A stretch of 64,000 nt of DNA from Candidatus Thorarchaeota archaeon (GCA_046758445.1 JBHIAE010000005.1:37070-101069); one strand, 5' to 3'. Counted from the stretch's first letter, positions 19,557 to 29,661 are shown. A program made the numbers and translations. Notes: a model not told the origin generated them from the sequence alone.

Positions 19557-20369
19557 GTGAGGACGCATTTGACAGGTAAGTACGGCCCGATTCTCGAGGA
19601 CTTCTTGGAGGAAGCGATGAGACTGGAGAAAGCGGCCGAGGAGCATAAGATACCTCTTCGGCTTATTGGATGCCTGGCATTCAGAATAAAGGCTCCAGAA
19701 TACGTCGATCTACACCGGAGCATGGGACGGGAAGTCACAGACATTGATTTCATTAGTTACTACAAACATCACAAGAAGCTACGGAACTTGTTCAGGGACG
19801 AACTAGGATACCATTGGGTGCCTCCAGGTTTCGCACGTGCAACAACACTTAGAGACCTCTTCATTGACAGAGAGCGTGAAAGGAAGGTGGATGTCTTCTA
19901 TGATTTTCTTGATTTCAACCATAATATCGACTTCAAGAAGAAAGACAGACTGTGGGTTGATGAGCCAACTATAGCGTTGGCTGAGCTCTTCCTAGAGAAG
20001 ACACAGATTGTTGAGATCAATGCCAAGGACTTGAAGGATCTTGTGATAACCTTCCTTGCCCACGACGTATCCGCTGAACATGACGATACCCAAGTAAATG
20101 GTCATTACATAGCCAGTCTTCTCTCTGATGACTGGGGTTTCTACTACACGGTGACTACTAATCTCAAGAAGCTTGTTGACTTTGTTCCAACAATCGAACA
20201 GCTCAATCAGGAACAAAAGGATCTCGTGATATCCCGCGCACAGAAGCTGTGGGACATCATTGAAGAAACACCAAAGACACGAAAATGGAACAGACGCGCC
20301 GCGGTGGGCGCCAAGAAACGCTGGTTCAAGGTAGTACACTCGATGGAAGGAACGAGAAACGCGGAGTAG
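19557..20369 (+). CDS. Hypothetical protein
   Basis: 270-aa ORF. It sits 41 nt upstream of the second DUF917 gene on the same strand. Confidence 0.45.
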   Translation: MRTHLTGKYGPILEDFLEEAMRLEKAAEEHKIPLRLIGCLAFRIKAPEYVDLHRSMGREVTDIDFISYYKHHKKLRNLFRDELGYHWVPPGFARATTLRDLFIDRERERKVDVFYDFLDFNHNIDFKKKDRLWVDEPTIALAELFLEKTQIVEINAKDLKDLVITFLAHDVSAEHDDTQVNGHYIASLLSDDWGFYYTVTTNLKKLVDFVPTIEQLNQEQKDLVISRAQKLWDIIEETPKTRKWNRRAAVGAKKRWFKVVHSMEGTRNAE

Positions 20370-20410
20370 CATCAGCCTGAGATTTCCCGGCGAAAGAGGA
20401 GAGAGAATCA

Positions 20411-21529
20411 ATGGAGATGTCCAAACAGAATGCGTACGACATGCTAACTGGAGTTGGAATACTAGGTACTGGCGGTGGGGGTGACCCTGTAGCCTTCGGA
20501 AAGCCAATGGTTGATTGGGACTATGAGCGCGGCAGAGTGTATGAACTGACGCCCCCGGACGAGATTAGAGATGACGCCTTTATCGTCTGCGGCGGATACA
20601 TGGGTTCTGTCCAAGCGTTCACCTCCATCGGGGACATGCTGGAAGCTTGGGAGGAGAGGTACGAGCTTCACGAGGCCATGAAGATCTCAGAGAGAATCTC
20701 AGGAAAGAAGGTCAACCATCTTGTTCCCTTCGAGCTCGGAGGCACGAACACAACAGTGATGCTCTCACTGGCCGCGAGAGCTGGCATTACAACGGTTGAT
20801 GGTGATGGTCTCGGCCGGTCTGCTCCAGAGAGCCAGATGATTACATTTGTTGGCTATGGAATCGAGCTTTGCCCGATGCCACTCGTCACCAAGAATGGAA
20901 GTGTCGTAGTAGTGGACAAGGCGACATCCCCTGCACTGGCTGATGAGATTGGCAGGTTTGCTGTGGTTCAAGACGGTGGAGCTGGTGCCAACAATCACTA
21001 CCATCAGACTGGAGCACAGCTGAAGAAGGCAGTCATTCCGAACAGCATCACCAAATCAGTCGAACTCGGTGAGGCAATTGATGATGCCAACAAGAGTGGA
21101 AAGAATCCGATAGATGCTTTCCTAGACATCATGGGTGGACAGACGCTCACTCACGGACGAGTCGAGGAGGTCAAGGGTGAAGACCGTGCCGGACATTGGC
21201 ATGTACGTGTCAGAATCAAACCGGAGAGTCTGAAAGGCCGTTTCGAGGTTGTTGTCAAGAATGAATACATGATGGCTATGAGCGATGGGAATCCTGTTGT
21301 GATGTTCCCTGATCTCATTTGCATGCATTACCCTGATACTGGTCATGGTGTGATGAGTGCCTCACTGAAGGAAGGCATGGATGTTGTTGTCACGGCTGTT
21401 CCGGCCCACGAGAGGCTTCGATATGCGGGAAGTACTGATATCGGTAGGAAGGCCTTCTCACCTGAAAGGTATGGTCACCCTGAGCATGAATACAGACCGA
21501 TGGAAGAGATTATCGGGAATCTTGCATAA
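20411..21529 (+). CDS. DUF917-family protein (paralog 2)
   Basis: 'GVGILGTGGGGDP' N-terminal motif. The 372-aa length is co-linear with the 17131-18246 product. Confidence 0.65.
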   Translation: MEMSKQNAYDMLTGVGILGTGGGGDPVAFGKPMVDWDYERGRVYELTPPDEIRDDAFIVCGGYMGSVQAFTSIGDMLEAWEERYELHEAMKISERISGKKVNHLVPFELGGTNTTVMLSLAARAGITTVDGDGLGRSAPESQMITFVGYGIELCPMPLVTKNGSVVVVDKATSPALADEIGRFAVVQDGGAGANNHYHQTGAQLKKAVIPNSITKSVELGEAIDDANKSGKNPIDAFLDIMGGQTLTHGRVEEVKGEDRAGHWHVRVRIKPESLKGRFEVVVKNEYMMAMSDGNPVVMFPDLICMHYPDTGHGVMSASLKEGMDVVVTAVPAHERLRYAGSTDIGRKAFSPERYGHPEHEYRPMEEIIGNLA

Positions 21530-21588
21530 TTCATAGGAGAGGGACACACGCTGTCCCTACGCATTCTATTGCCTGCTGGTGGTGGATA

Positions 21589-22353
21589 ATGAAACGCATT
21601 GCTCTGATTGGAGCGACTGGAGTTGATTGGTGGGAAGACGAGAAGAAGAGGTCATTTGTTGAGTTGCATACCCCCGAGGGGTATAGCATAGACAACTTCA
21701 CACCCCGATATGGAACTCACAGTGTAGAGTCTTTTGTCGATGAGGCATACAACGCACCGTTCATCCTCGAACAGGTAGTAAGAGCCAGCAGAGAGGGCTA
21801 TGATGCCATAGTGATTGACTGCGCCTGCGATCCGATACTTGAAGCTGCACGAGAGGTCACGACAATTCCAGTTGTAGGTCCCAGGAATTCTTCACTTCAT
21901 GTTGCTTTGACTCTGGGTACGAGATTCAGCATCATCACGGTTCAGGGTGAGTCTCTAAGGCGATGTCAGGAAGCAGGTGTGAGAAAGGAGGACCTTGAGC
22001 AGTTCTGCGCGAGTGTCCGGTACTTCACTATGTCCGTTCTAGACATAGCAGAGCGCCCTGAAGCAGCTCAGAAGGAAATCCTTGAGCTTTGCAAGCTGGC
22101 CGTGAACGAGGACGGCGCAGATGTTGTGGTTCTTGGGTGTACGGGCCTCTCTCATCAAGTCGATTTGAATCCCATCATGGAAGAAGTGGGGATTCCAGTA
22201 CTTGATCCATTTGTCATCGCTATTCGAATGGCCCATCTGTTAGTTGAATCAGGTCTCCGTCATAGCAAGGTGGCATACCCAACTCCTCCAAAAAAGGGCA
22301 TTACAGAAGCCCCAAGCCTCAAGGGTGCTTTTGATGATGCACTGAAGCAGTGA
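21589..22353 (+). CDS. Asp/Glu/hydantoin racemase family protein
   Basis: Two cysteine-containing half-site motifs at the expected spacing ('IDCACDPILEAAR' and 'VVVLGCTGLSH'). Confidence 0.65.
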   Translation: MKRIALIGATGVDWWEDEKKRSFVELHTPEGYSIDNFTPRYGTHSVESFVDEAYNAPFILEQVVRASREGYDAIVIDCACDPILEAAREVTTIPVVGPRNSSLHVALTLGTRFSIITVQGESLRRCQEAGVRKEDLEQFCASVRYFTMSVLDIAERPEAAQKEILELCKLAVNEDGADVVVLGCTGLSHQVDLNPIMEEVGIPVLDPFVIAIRMAHLLVESGLRHSKVAYPTPPKKGITEAPSLKGAFDDALKQ

Positions 22354-22367
22354 GCAGTCCAGGTCGA

Positions 22368-23630
22368 CTACCGCCTATCCCTGACAAGGAGTGGTAGGAT
22401 GCCTATGAAGACAACAATCGCGAGAACGGTGCACATCAGATATGGAAGTGATCCGCTTACATCCATGAGCCATCCTCCGACAATTGGACCTAGGAACAAT
22501 CCCACACCCCCCATACTCTCCACAAGTCCAGCATGAGCTCCCTTCTCCACATCCGTTGCGGAAACTATCAGATAGAGTGCACCGAGATAACCGAAGCCGA
22601 CTGCGACACCGGATAAGGACATTGCAAGGACATAGACTAGCATGTCAACAAACACGTAGAGCAACGAACAGGAGATTGCAGACAGTGCGGCACCTGTGGC
22701 AATGACAGCACCCATCATCCGTTCTGGTAGTCTTGCACAGATGATGAACGTTACAGTCCGAACTCCATTCCAAGTCAGTAGAAGCGTTCCCCAGTCTTCA
22801 CTCACAAATCCTGGGAAACTCTCAACATAGGATGGAAACAGTACAAGAATGACTGTGGATACAACTCCCCAAAGCATCACTGACAGGTATGAAGCGATGA
22901 ACCTGGGGCTTGTCTTGGAAGGTCTTGCGGCCTCTAGCTTAGCTTCCGTAATCTTTGAAGAATCAGTCAGAGCAATAGATTTCCGGCGGTATCCCTGCAA
23001 GAATCCACCGATTATGCCAAGCGAAACTAGCTCGATGGCGATGACGACATAGATGCTCGCCATGGGGCCATAGAAACCCTGTGTGTATGCAATGGCAATT
23101 GGGCTGAATATCATTCCTGCACTCCAGGATGTTGAGAAATTGCCTAGGACCTCACATTCGGCCTCTGGTGTGAGCTCGGCAACCATCCCCTCTACTGAGG
23201 GGATAATGAAACCGTACACGAATCCCTCAAGAGCTCGAATGAGGATTAGGTAGAGAGGAGAGGAAAAGGGATTCAAATACAAAGTAATGACGCCCATGTA
23301 AGCAATCGTCGCAATTACGAGAGACCTCTTTCTTCCTACTCTGTCCGAGAAGCGTCCTCCTATCGCAGGAAACAGCATGTAGACGACTCCAAATGAGCCC
23401 ATAGTCCAACCTAGCTCGAAGCTCGAGCCCCCAAGTATGTCCGCATACCAAGGTGCGAATATCTCAGGAGTGCCAATTGAGAAAGTTACAAGGAATGTGG
23501 TCAGGTATGCGACGAGTCTGTTCCTTCTCTTTGCAGCCGCCGGCAGATCTGTTTCGGCAGAATCGTCTAGGCAGAAGGGCTCTTGTAGATGGACCATTAT
23601 CTGTTCTCCATGACATGCCTCTCTGTGCAC
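22368..23630 (-). CDS. MFS transporter
   Basis: 420 aa with about 12 TM segments and a 'GRFSDRVGRKR' loop motif between TM2 and TM3. Confidence 0.7.
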   Translation of the reverse strand: MHREACHGEQIMVHLQEPFCLDDSAETDLPAAAKRRNRLVAYLTTFLVTFSIGTPEIFAPWYADILGGSSFELGWTMGSFGVVYMLFPAIGGRFSDRVGRKRSLVIATIAYMGVITLYLNPFSSPLYLILIRALEGFVYGFIIPSVEGMVAELTPEAECEVLGNFSTSWSAGMIFSPIAIAYTQGFYGPMASIYVVIAIELVSLGIIGGFLQGYRRKSIALTDSSKITEAKLEAARPSKTSPRFIASYLSVMLWGVVSTVILVLFPSYVESFPGFVSEDWGTLLLTWNGVRTVTFIICARLPERMMGAVIATGAALSAISCSLLYVFVDMLVYVLAMSLSGVAVGFGYLGALYLIVSATDVEKGAHAGLVESMGGVGLFLGPIVGGWLMDVSGSLPYLMCTVLAIVVFIGILPLLVRDRR

Positions 23631-23642
23631 TGAGGTCTCTGT

Positions 23643-24656
23643 CTAGCCCAGCTGCGGGGCAACTTTCTCTCCTATGACCTTGGCTGTTTCTATCGGGTCC
23701 GTACCAGGGACAGGAAACGCCACCGGTGTGTTAGCACCTGCATCAACTATCTCTCGAATCTGCTTGATACAAGATTCCACGTCTCCAACCACACAGAGTG
23801 ACTGAACCATCTTGTCGGTTATGAGCTCAGAGAGGAGGTCGTCTTTTCCCTTTTCAACTGCCTGCCTGAAAGCTTCGGTGTCCTCGGCCTTAACACCTGC
23901 GTGCTCCATAAGTGGCCCACCTGCCTGCGAATGTGGGAGATACAGCTTGGAGAACTCTCGGGTAATATTCAACGCCTTGTCTAGGTCCTCGTCAATCACA
24001 ACAGGGAGGTACGCGACCATCTCGAACTTGTCCAGCTTGCGGCCTGCGACTTGAGCTCCTTTTGCGACTCTCTCCCATGCGAACTTGATATAGCTGGCAG
24101 TTGTGAAGATCGAAGTAATGGCACCGTCCCCAATCTCTCCTGCGAGTTTCAGTCCCATCTTCCCCTCAAATGCTAGGTAGATGGGCACCTCCTTCCTCAC
24201 GGGTTCGAAGATGAGCTTCACGTCTTTGCAGGTATAGTACTTGCCATCGTGGGTGACGCTGCCGCCAGTCATGATCTTACGGATAACTTCAATGCATTCA
24301 CGAGTTCTAGATATTGGCTTCTTGTCCCAAAGACCCATCTGATCCATCCAGAACGGGACGCCAGACCCTAGACCAAAGACTGTACGCATGTTGCACATCT
24401 CGTCAATCGTGGCAAACTCCATTGCAGCAAGTGCAGGATGTCGAGAGTAAGGGTTAATGACACCGAGACCAAGTCGGATCTTATCAGTAGCCATTGATGC
24501 TGCCGCCATGTAGGGTATACCACCTCTGAAGAAGTAGTCCTCAGCGAACCAAACAGAACCAAGACCGGACTCCTGAGTGGTCTTCGCTAAGTCCACACCT
24601 TCTCTGACCGGAAAGACTCCTGTCATGGCCATTCCAAACTCTTTGTAACCTTTCAC
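23643..24656 (-). CDS. Luciferase-like (LLM) flavin/F420-dependent oxidoreductase
   Basis: TIM-barrel LLM N-terminus 'FGMAMTGVFP...LGSVWFAEDYF...LGLGVINPYSRHPA'. Confidence 0.75.
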   Translation of the reverse strand: MKGYKEFGMAMTGVFPVREGVDLAKTTQESGLGSVWFAEDYFFRGGIPYMAAASMATDKIRLGLGVINPYSRHPALAAMEFATIDEMCNMRTVFGLGSGVPFWMDQMGLWDKKPISRTRECIEVIRKIMTGGSVTHDGKYYTCKDVKLIFEPVRKEVPIYLAFEGKMGLKLAGEIGDGAITSIFTTASYIKFAWERVAKGAQVAGRKLDKFEMVAYLPVVIDEDLDKALNITREFSKLYLPHSQAGGPLMEHAGVKAEDTEAFRQAVEKGKDDLLSELITDKMVQSLCVVGDVESCIKQIREIVDAGANTPVAFPVPGTDPIETAKVIGEKVAPQLG

Positions 24657-24710
24657 TTGCGTTTCACCATCCTTGCGAATTGGAAGGACAGAGGGAATGT
24701 CTTCCCGCTT

Positions 24711-26630
24711 CTAGGGCAGTTTGCCAATCTTCTCAAGGTAGTCAGCGACGTCCTTGAGTCCCATCTTCTCATACGTTTCCCGGAAGGGCCAGCTAGTCTT
24801 CGGGTCCCATTCATGCAGAGCATAGTATTTGTCTAACATCTCATCAAGCTCTTCTTGCGAGTTCATCTCTCCCTTGAGTGGACCAGACGCGGCGCCTTCA
24901 TTCATGAGACGCCATGGGAGATTGTCGTGTTCCCTAGTGGCACCACGAGTCACGTTGAAAGCCTTCTCAAGTGTCACGACCCTTCGCCCAGTGAACATGA
25001 GCTCATCTGCGGTCATTGATATGCCTGTGGCAGCCTCAAACATACGTGCCATGTTATCTGGGTTGACTCCGTAAGCCGCAGTTGATGTGAACACACAGAA
25101 ACCGAGAGCCTCCGTGATTTCATAGCAGTCTTCATGCCATCGTACAATCTCTGCTCTGTATTCGGTGAAGTGAGGAGAGGCCCACTTCTTGTCACCAGTG
25201 ACCTCCTCAATGACAGCCACAGCCTCTGGACTTGCTCCAAACTCAGCAAAGGTTTCCGTCATCAAGTGATCGTTTCCTCGGGGATTGACAGCAAATGCCA
25301 GCGCATAGGCCTTCGCAGACCGAGTTTCCACGTTCGACTGTTCAAGACCCTTGGCGTTCATGATTGCCCACTTATAGGAGTCTTGACCAACCTTCTCAGC
25401 TGCAATCTTGAGTCCATCGCCAAGTAGGTTACCCAGCTTGCCTTTGCGCAGGGCCAGGGCCTCAACAGTCTTGAGCGTTTCATCGAGCTTGCCCCATCCC
25501 AGATCGAGTCCGTCAGTATCATCCTTGCTGAGAACGCCTCTCTCGTAGCTCTCGATAGCCCATTGAGCAACAGTTCCCGCGGTAATTGTGTCCAATCCTA
25601 GCCGATTGCATAGCTCATTCAGAAGCAGGACTCCCTCGGTGTCGATGATACCAGGACCGTTTCCAAGTGCTCCGAAGGTTTCATACTCTGGACCTCCGCT
25701 TTGAATTCCCTTGTTGGGTCCCTTCTCGATAGTGGAGTACCGATGGCAACCTATGGTACAGCCAAAGCATGCCACCCTTCTCTTGAGGTAGCCCAACTCA
25801 ACCAATGCTTGACCTGTGATTGGATGAACATTCTCAGTGTACCCTGTCTGCCAGTTCTTGCCTGGGAATGCATGTAGCTCGTTCACAGCTGCAATTGACC
25901 CTGATGTACCGTAGTCATGGAGTCCAATAGCACCACTGTCCGCCCTCAGGAGTTCTCTCTGCTCCTTAGCTACCTCTGCGAACTTCTTGGGGTCTTTGAC
26001 TCTGATGGGCTTGGTTCCCTTAACAGAGATCGCTTTCAGCTTCTTCTTGCCCATAACTGCGGCACCGCCACCTCTGCCTGCAGCGTGGTAAAGCGAACAC
26101 TGAATGGAAGAGGCTCGAACAAGCTTCTCACCCGCAGGGCCGATATAGAGGCCCTTCGAGTCATTTCCATGCCATTTCTTGAGTAGCATGTCTGTTTCGA
26201 CGATGTCCTTACCCCACAGCTCTTTCGCGTCCTTGATTTCGACATGGTCGTCTACGATGTTTATGTAGGATGGCTTGTCGGCGACCCCGTGCACAACTAG
26301 GTGGTCGTAACCTGCGAACTTCAGCTCTGCACCCCAATGACCACCAGTGTTGCTCTTTAGGTAGAGGCCGGTGGTGCAGCCTACAGTTGTAACCGATGTT
26401 CTCCCTGAAGCTGGAGCGGTGGTACCTGTTACTGCGCCCGGAGCGAAGATAATGACATTCCTTGGGTCGTCCCATGTTATCTCTGGATCCTTGCAGTAGT
26501 TCCACAGGAGTTTTGCATTGATACCTCTGGAGCCCACGTACATACGTCTCCACTCCTCTGGAATGTACTCCGTCCAGATCTTCTTATTCGAAAGGTCAAC
26601 GTGTAGTATCTTGCCTTGATGCCCGTACAT
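24711..26630 (-). CDS. Aldehyde:ferredoxin oxidoreductase (tungsten/molybdopterin AOR family)
   Basis: 639 aa. N-terminal 'KILHVDLSNKKIWTE...GSRGINAKLLW' is the AOR family start, and a Cys-containing cluster region lies mid-protein. Confidence 0.85.
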   Translation of the reverse strand: MYGHQGKILHVDLSNKKIWTEYIPEEWRRMYVGSRGINAKLLWNYCKDPEITWDDPRNVIIFAPGAVTGTTAPASGRTSVTTVGCTTGLYLKSNTGGHWGAELKFAGYDHLVVHGVADKPSYINIVDDHVEIKDAKELWGKDIVETDMLLKKWHGNDSKGLYIGPAGEKLVRASSIQCSLYHAAGRGGGAAVMGKKKLKAISVKGTKPIRVKDPKKFAEVAKEQRELLRADSGAIGLHDYGTSGSIAAVNELHAFPGKNWQTGYTENVHPITGQALVELGYLKRRVACFGCTIGCHRYSTIEKGPNKGIQSGGPEYETFGALGNGPGIIDTEGVLLLNELCNRLGLDTITAGTVAQWAIESYERGVLSKDDTDGLDLGWGKLDETLKTVEALALRKGKLGNLLGDGLKIAAEKVGQDSYKWAIMNAKGLEQSNVETRSAKAYALAFAVNPRGNDHLMTETFAEFGASPEAVAVIEEVTGDKKWASPHFTEYRAEIVRWHEDCYEITEALGFCVFTSTAAYGVNPDNMARMFEAATGISMTADELMFTGRRVVTLEKAFNVTRGATREHDNLPWRLMNEGAASGPLKGEMNSQEELDEMLDKYYALHEWDPKTSWPFRETYEKMGLKDVADYLEKIGKLP

Positions 26631-26633
26631 TGT

Positions 26634-27131
26634 CTATGCAGCCTCCTTCCTTATGTCGCGATACATAGCCATTCTTGCCGATCGCAACCTCTTCTTCTGT
26701 TTCATCATGTCATCAGTAGCATCCAACCATTGAATTGCGCCTGGCACACAGTGCTTTGCACAATAGGGATCACCTCCGCAGAGGTCACAGATCAGAACCT
26801 TCCCTGTTTCAGGATGCAGTCTAATCCCATTGTAGGGGCATGAATCGACACATGTTCCACAATCATCACAGGTCTCAGCAAGTACTGTGATAACACCAGT
26901 ATTCTCGTCTCTTGACAGAGCCCCCTCTGGACATGCTTCGATGCACGGATGCGCGTCGCATTGCTCGCACAGAAGCTGTATCCCTAGGGCAATGTCTTCC
27001 TTCTTGTAGACCTTGACTCTTCCTCTGTATGGATCGAATAGGTCTTCCTTAGTCAAAGAACAAGATAGAGAACACTGCTTGCAGCCCGTACACTTTTGCA
27101 TGTCGACTAACAGCGATTTGGCCATATTCAC
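26634..27131 (-). CDS. 4Fe-4S polyferredoxin
   Basis: Four CxxCxxCxxxCP-type clusters in 165 aa. It lies immediately upstream of AOR on the same strand. Confidence 0.8.
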   Translation of the reverse strand: MNMAKSLLVDMQKCTGCKQCSLSCSLTKEDLFDPYRGRVKVYKKEDIALGIQLLCEQCDAHPCIEACPEGALSRDENTGVITVLAETCDDCGTCVDSCPYNGIRLHPETGKVLICDLCGGDPYCAKHCVPGAIQWLDATDDMMKQKKRLRSARMAMYRDIRKEAA

Positions 27132-27405
27132 CAGCGTCCATCGTTTTGAAAGTTAAACTGCGATAGTACCTCAAGAACCGCCATTTTAATCCTGCCATTC
27201 TCGTTCTGTCCGACTCGACATATCGAATGGCGATGATGAGCTTGGCGGCCACAGACTGGGAAACCCTTCTCAGAAAGGCCGTCTCAGGTCCAAATACTAC
27301 GACTAGGAGCCATATCATGAAGTGAAGGTCATTGATAGTCGAAAGATACATCTTGCAGGATGTCTATGCATTGGATGGCATGAGCGATTACACTAGGACG
27401 AGATG

Positions 27406-27436
27406 TAGTTTAAGAAATGCTAGTGCTAGTTTAAGA
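27406..27436 (+). promoter_or_regulatory. Tandem direct repeat TAGTTTAAGA x2 (21-bp register), then an AGTAG...CTACT inverted repeat, upstream of the DNA methyltransferase gene
   Basis: Exact 10-bp repeats at 27406-27415 and 27427-27436. The TTTAAG cores resemble an archaeal TATA element. Confidence 0.35.
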
Positions 27437-27456
27437 TTCAGAGAGTAGTGACTTGA

Positions 27457-29661
27457 TTGACTACTAGCTCGGTTCAGATGATTCGAGAGGTCATGAAGGC
27501 GAGAGACACTTTAGCAGCAAGTGGTGCAACGCCCACCCTCGCCAATCTCGTCTTGGAGAGGATGTTCTTCGTCAGACTACTCTCGGCTCTAAGACTTCTA
27601 CCTGAGAGGGCCCTGTCAGATGCCATATCAGAAACCAGCCGGTTCAGCCATTTGTTCTCCCTCATAGTAGAAGGAGCCCGGTCGAGGAGTTTCAGCACTC
27701 CAAGACGTAGTGCAATAGCAGGTGGAATTCCAGACCTCCGTCTATTCGTGCCTAAACACGACGGGAACACACCTATTTCTCAATTTGAGCATGATATACT
27801 ATTGCATTGTGCTGAAACTCTGGACACTATCGACCTCGGGGTAGCAAACGGAAATGCAGCTGTTGACAGGCGTGTCCTTCTCCTTGGCCTTGTCCATGAG
27901 GCCCTCAAGAATCCCAAGGGAAGAAAGAGGACGGGAGTATTCTATACTCCCTTTGAGTTGGCAAAGACCATATGCACTCTAAGCCTTGAGTCGTACTTGG
28001 AGGACCGTGAGAAGAGTCAAGCCTTGCCGAATGGTTCAGTCGATGTGATATCACCGGTGCGCGTGCTCGACAACGCTTGTGGAGGAGGAGTCTTCATCCT
28101 GGCGATGCTTGAGAAGTTGATTTCTCTTTCTTTGCTTCAATCCAAGGACCAGAATCCGTTCTATTCAGTTCTTGACAAGCAGGGAATCGATTCGACTGAT
28201 CCAGCTTCTGTAGCAGCGTTTGCCGTCGAGCATTGCCTGTTCGGAGTGGACCTGGATCGATGTGCGGTGAGTGTGACAGAGGCTCAACTCTGGACAACTG
28301 TCGCTTGTCTCAGAGGCAAGTTGCTTGAAGGGGTCTGTCGCACGAATCTATTCGTCGGGAACTCCCTGCTTTCACAATGGCCTGATGGAACTGAATTCGA
28401 CATCATTGTGGGAAACCCTCCGTACATGCGATTGTCGGCGCTTGATGCTTCAGATAGAGCAGAGCTGAAGGAAAGGTATGCCACCGCCAGAGAATACAAC
28501 ACTCATGCGATATTCATCCAAGCGTCTCTGAACAGACTCAAGAAAGGCGGTGTCTTGGGTTATCTCATACACAAGAACCTCCTATCTCTTGATACCTACG
28601 CCGGCCTTAGACAGATGCTGCTCACTGAGAACAGTCTTAGACACGTTTCTGACTGCGGCGCTGGTGTCTTCAGGAGAGCAACGGCAGAAACTAGCATTTT
28701 GGTTCTCAGAAAGGGGAAACAAGAGGCCAATTCCAGAGTCGCACTTTCGACCTATGATTCAGACCGGGCCGACTGTGTACCAGGTTTGAATATCACACTA
28801 CTACAATACCTGGACTTGGTAAGTCCTTGGAACCACAGGTTTCTGACACGGATCACCAGAAAGGATGTGGATATACTGGACTCATTGAAGACCCTTCCAA
28901 GACTAGAAAGTCTAGCATCAATCAGTAGAGGCATTGAAACGGGAAGCAACAGGAGATTTGTTTCTTCCAGGCCCGATGATGGTAGGAACTGGCAACCTGT
29001 TGCAAGAGGACGGGACATAGCACATTACCGGGCGGATGTAAGAGTATTTCTGGACTACGACCGAAATCAACTTGCAAAGCCGGGCAGGTCCGGACTGAGG
29101 GAGATCCCTAAGGTACTCGTTCAACAGAATGCCCGAAACCCAATTGCCTGCTATGATTCGGGAGAGTACCTAGCACTCAACTCAGCAACCTACTTGGCTG
29201 ACGCACCAGAGGACGTTCTCAAGTCTCTCTGCCTGCTGATTAACTCTCAACTGGTGGCATGGTTCTTTCGGACAGTAATGACCAACAATGCAAAACTGAC
29301 TGTCAATCTGCTACCCTGCAACCTTGGAGCAATCCCTGTGCCTCGGCTAATTGACACGAAACTGCTAGGAGCTCTGTGTGATGTTTTGACATCGCTACGT
29401 TTGGCGGTAGAGGATTCTCACTATCCCCATGGCGTATTCTCCACATGGTATGAAGTCATCGCCGAAGCCACCGTTCTGGATGCTTATCACGAGCATCAGA
29501 ACCGGACTCGGGCGACAACAGAAGGTGTACGAGCCCTGCTAGACGACTCTCTTGAGATCTCGGAACTCGCAGACCTCAAGCGCAACACGAGCCTAGTGAA
29601 GACGGCCCAGAACACCATCAAAAGGCTGGGTGTTTCTGCACTATTGAAAGGACTCTCTTGA
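27457..29661 (+). CDS. N6-adenine DNA methyltransferase, Eco57I/TaqI (gamma-class) family, with a long C-terminal target-recognition region
   Basis: Motifs 'VFYTPFELAK' (motif X), 'DNACGGGVFILAML' (AdoMet motif I) and 'GNPPYMR' (motif IV). The ORF call starts at TTG 27457. ATG 27478 (MIREV...) is the more likely start. Confidence 0.8.
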   Translation: MTTSSVQMIREVMKARDTLAASGATPTLANLVLERMFFVRLLSALRLLPERALSDAISETSRFSHLFSLIVEGARSRSFSTPRRSAIAGGIPDLRLFVPKHDGNTPISQFEHDILLHCAETLDTIDLGVANGNAAVDRRVLLLGLVHEALKNPKGRKRTGVFYTPFELAKTICTLSLESYLEDREKSQALPNGSVDVISPVRVLDNACGGGVFILAMLEKLISLSLLQSKDQNPFYSVLDKQGIDSTDPASVAAFAVEHCLFGVDLDRCAVSVTEAQLWTTVACLRGKLLEGVCRTNLFVGNSLLSQWPDGTEFDIIVGNPPYMRLSALDASDRAELKERYATAREYNTHAIFIQASLNRLKKGGVLGYLIHKNLLSLDTYAGLRQMLLTENSLRHVSDCGAGVFRRATAETSILVLRKGKQEANSRVALSTYDSDRADCVPGLNITLLQYLDLVSPWNHRFLTRITRKDVDILDSLKTLPRLESLASISRGIETGSNRRFVSSRPDDGRNWQPVARGRDIAHYRADVRVFLDYDRNQLAKPGRSGLREIPKVLVQQNARNPIACYDSGEYLALNSATYLADAPEDVLKSLCLLINSQLVAWFFRTVMTNNAKLTVNLLPCNLGAIPVPRLIDTKLLGALCDVLTSLRLAVEDSHYPHGVFSTWYEVIAEATVLDAYHEHQNRTRATTEGVRALLDDSLEISELADLKRNTSLVKTAQNTIKRLGVSALLKGLS

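Noticed and set aside
19557-20369. Minimal nucleotidyltransferase (GC...DID) in the 270-aa unknown
   Set aside because: The spacing between the putative Gly-Ser-like and DxD elements (about 22 aa) is outside the usual 10-13 aa. No other support.
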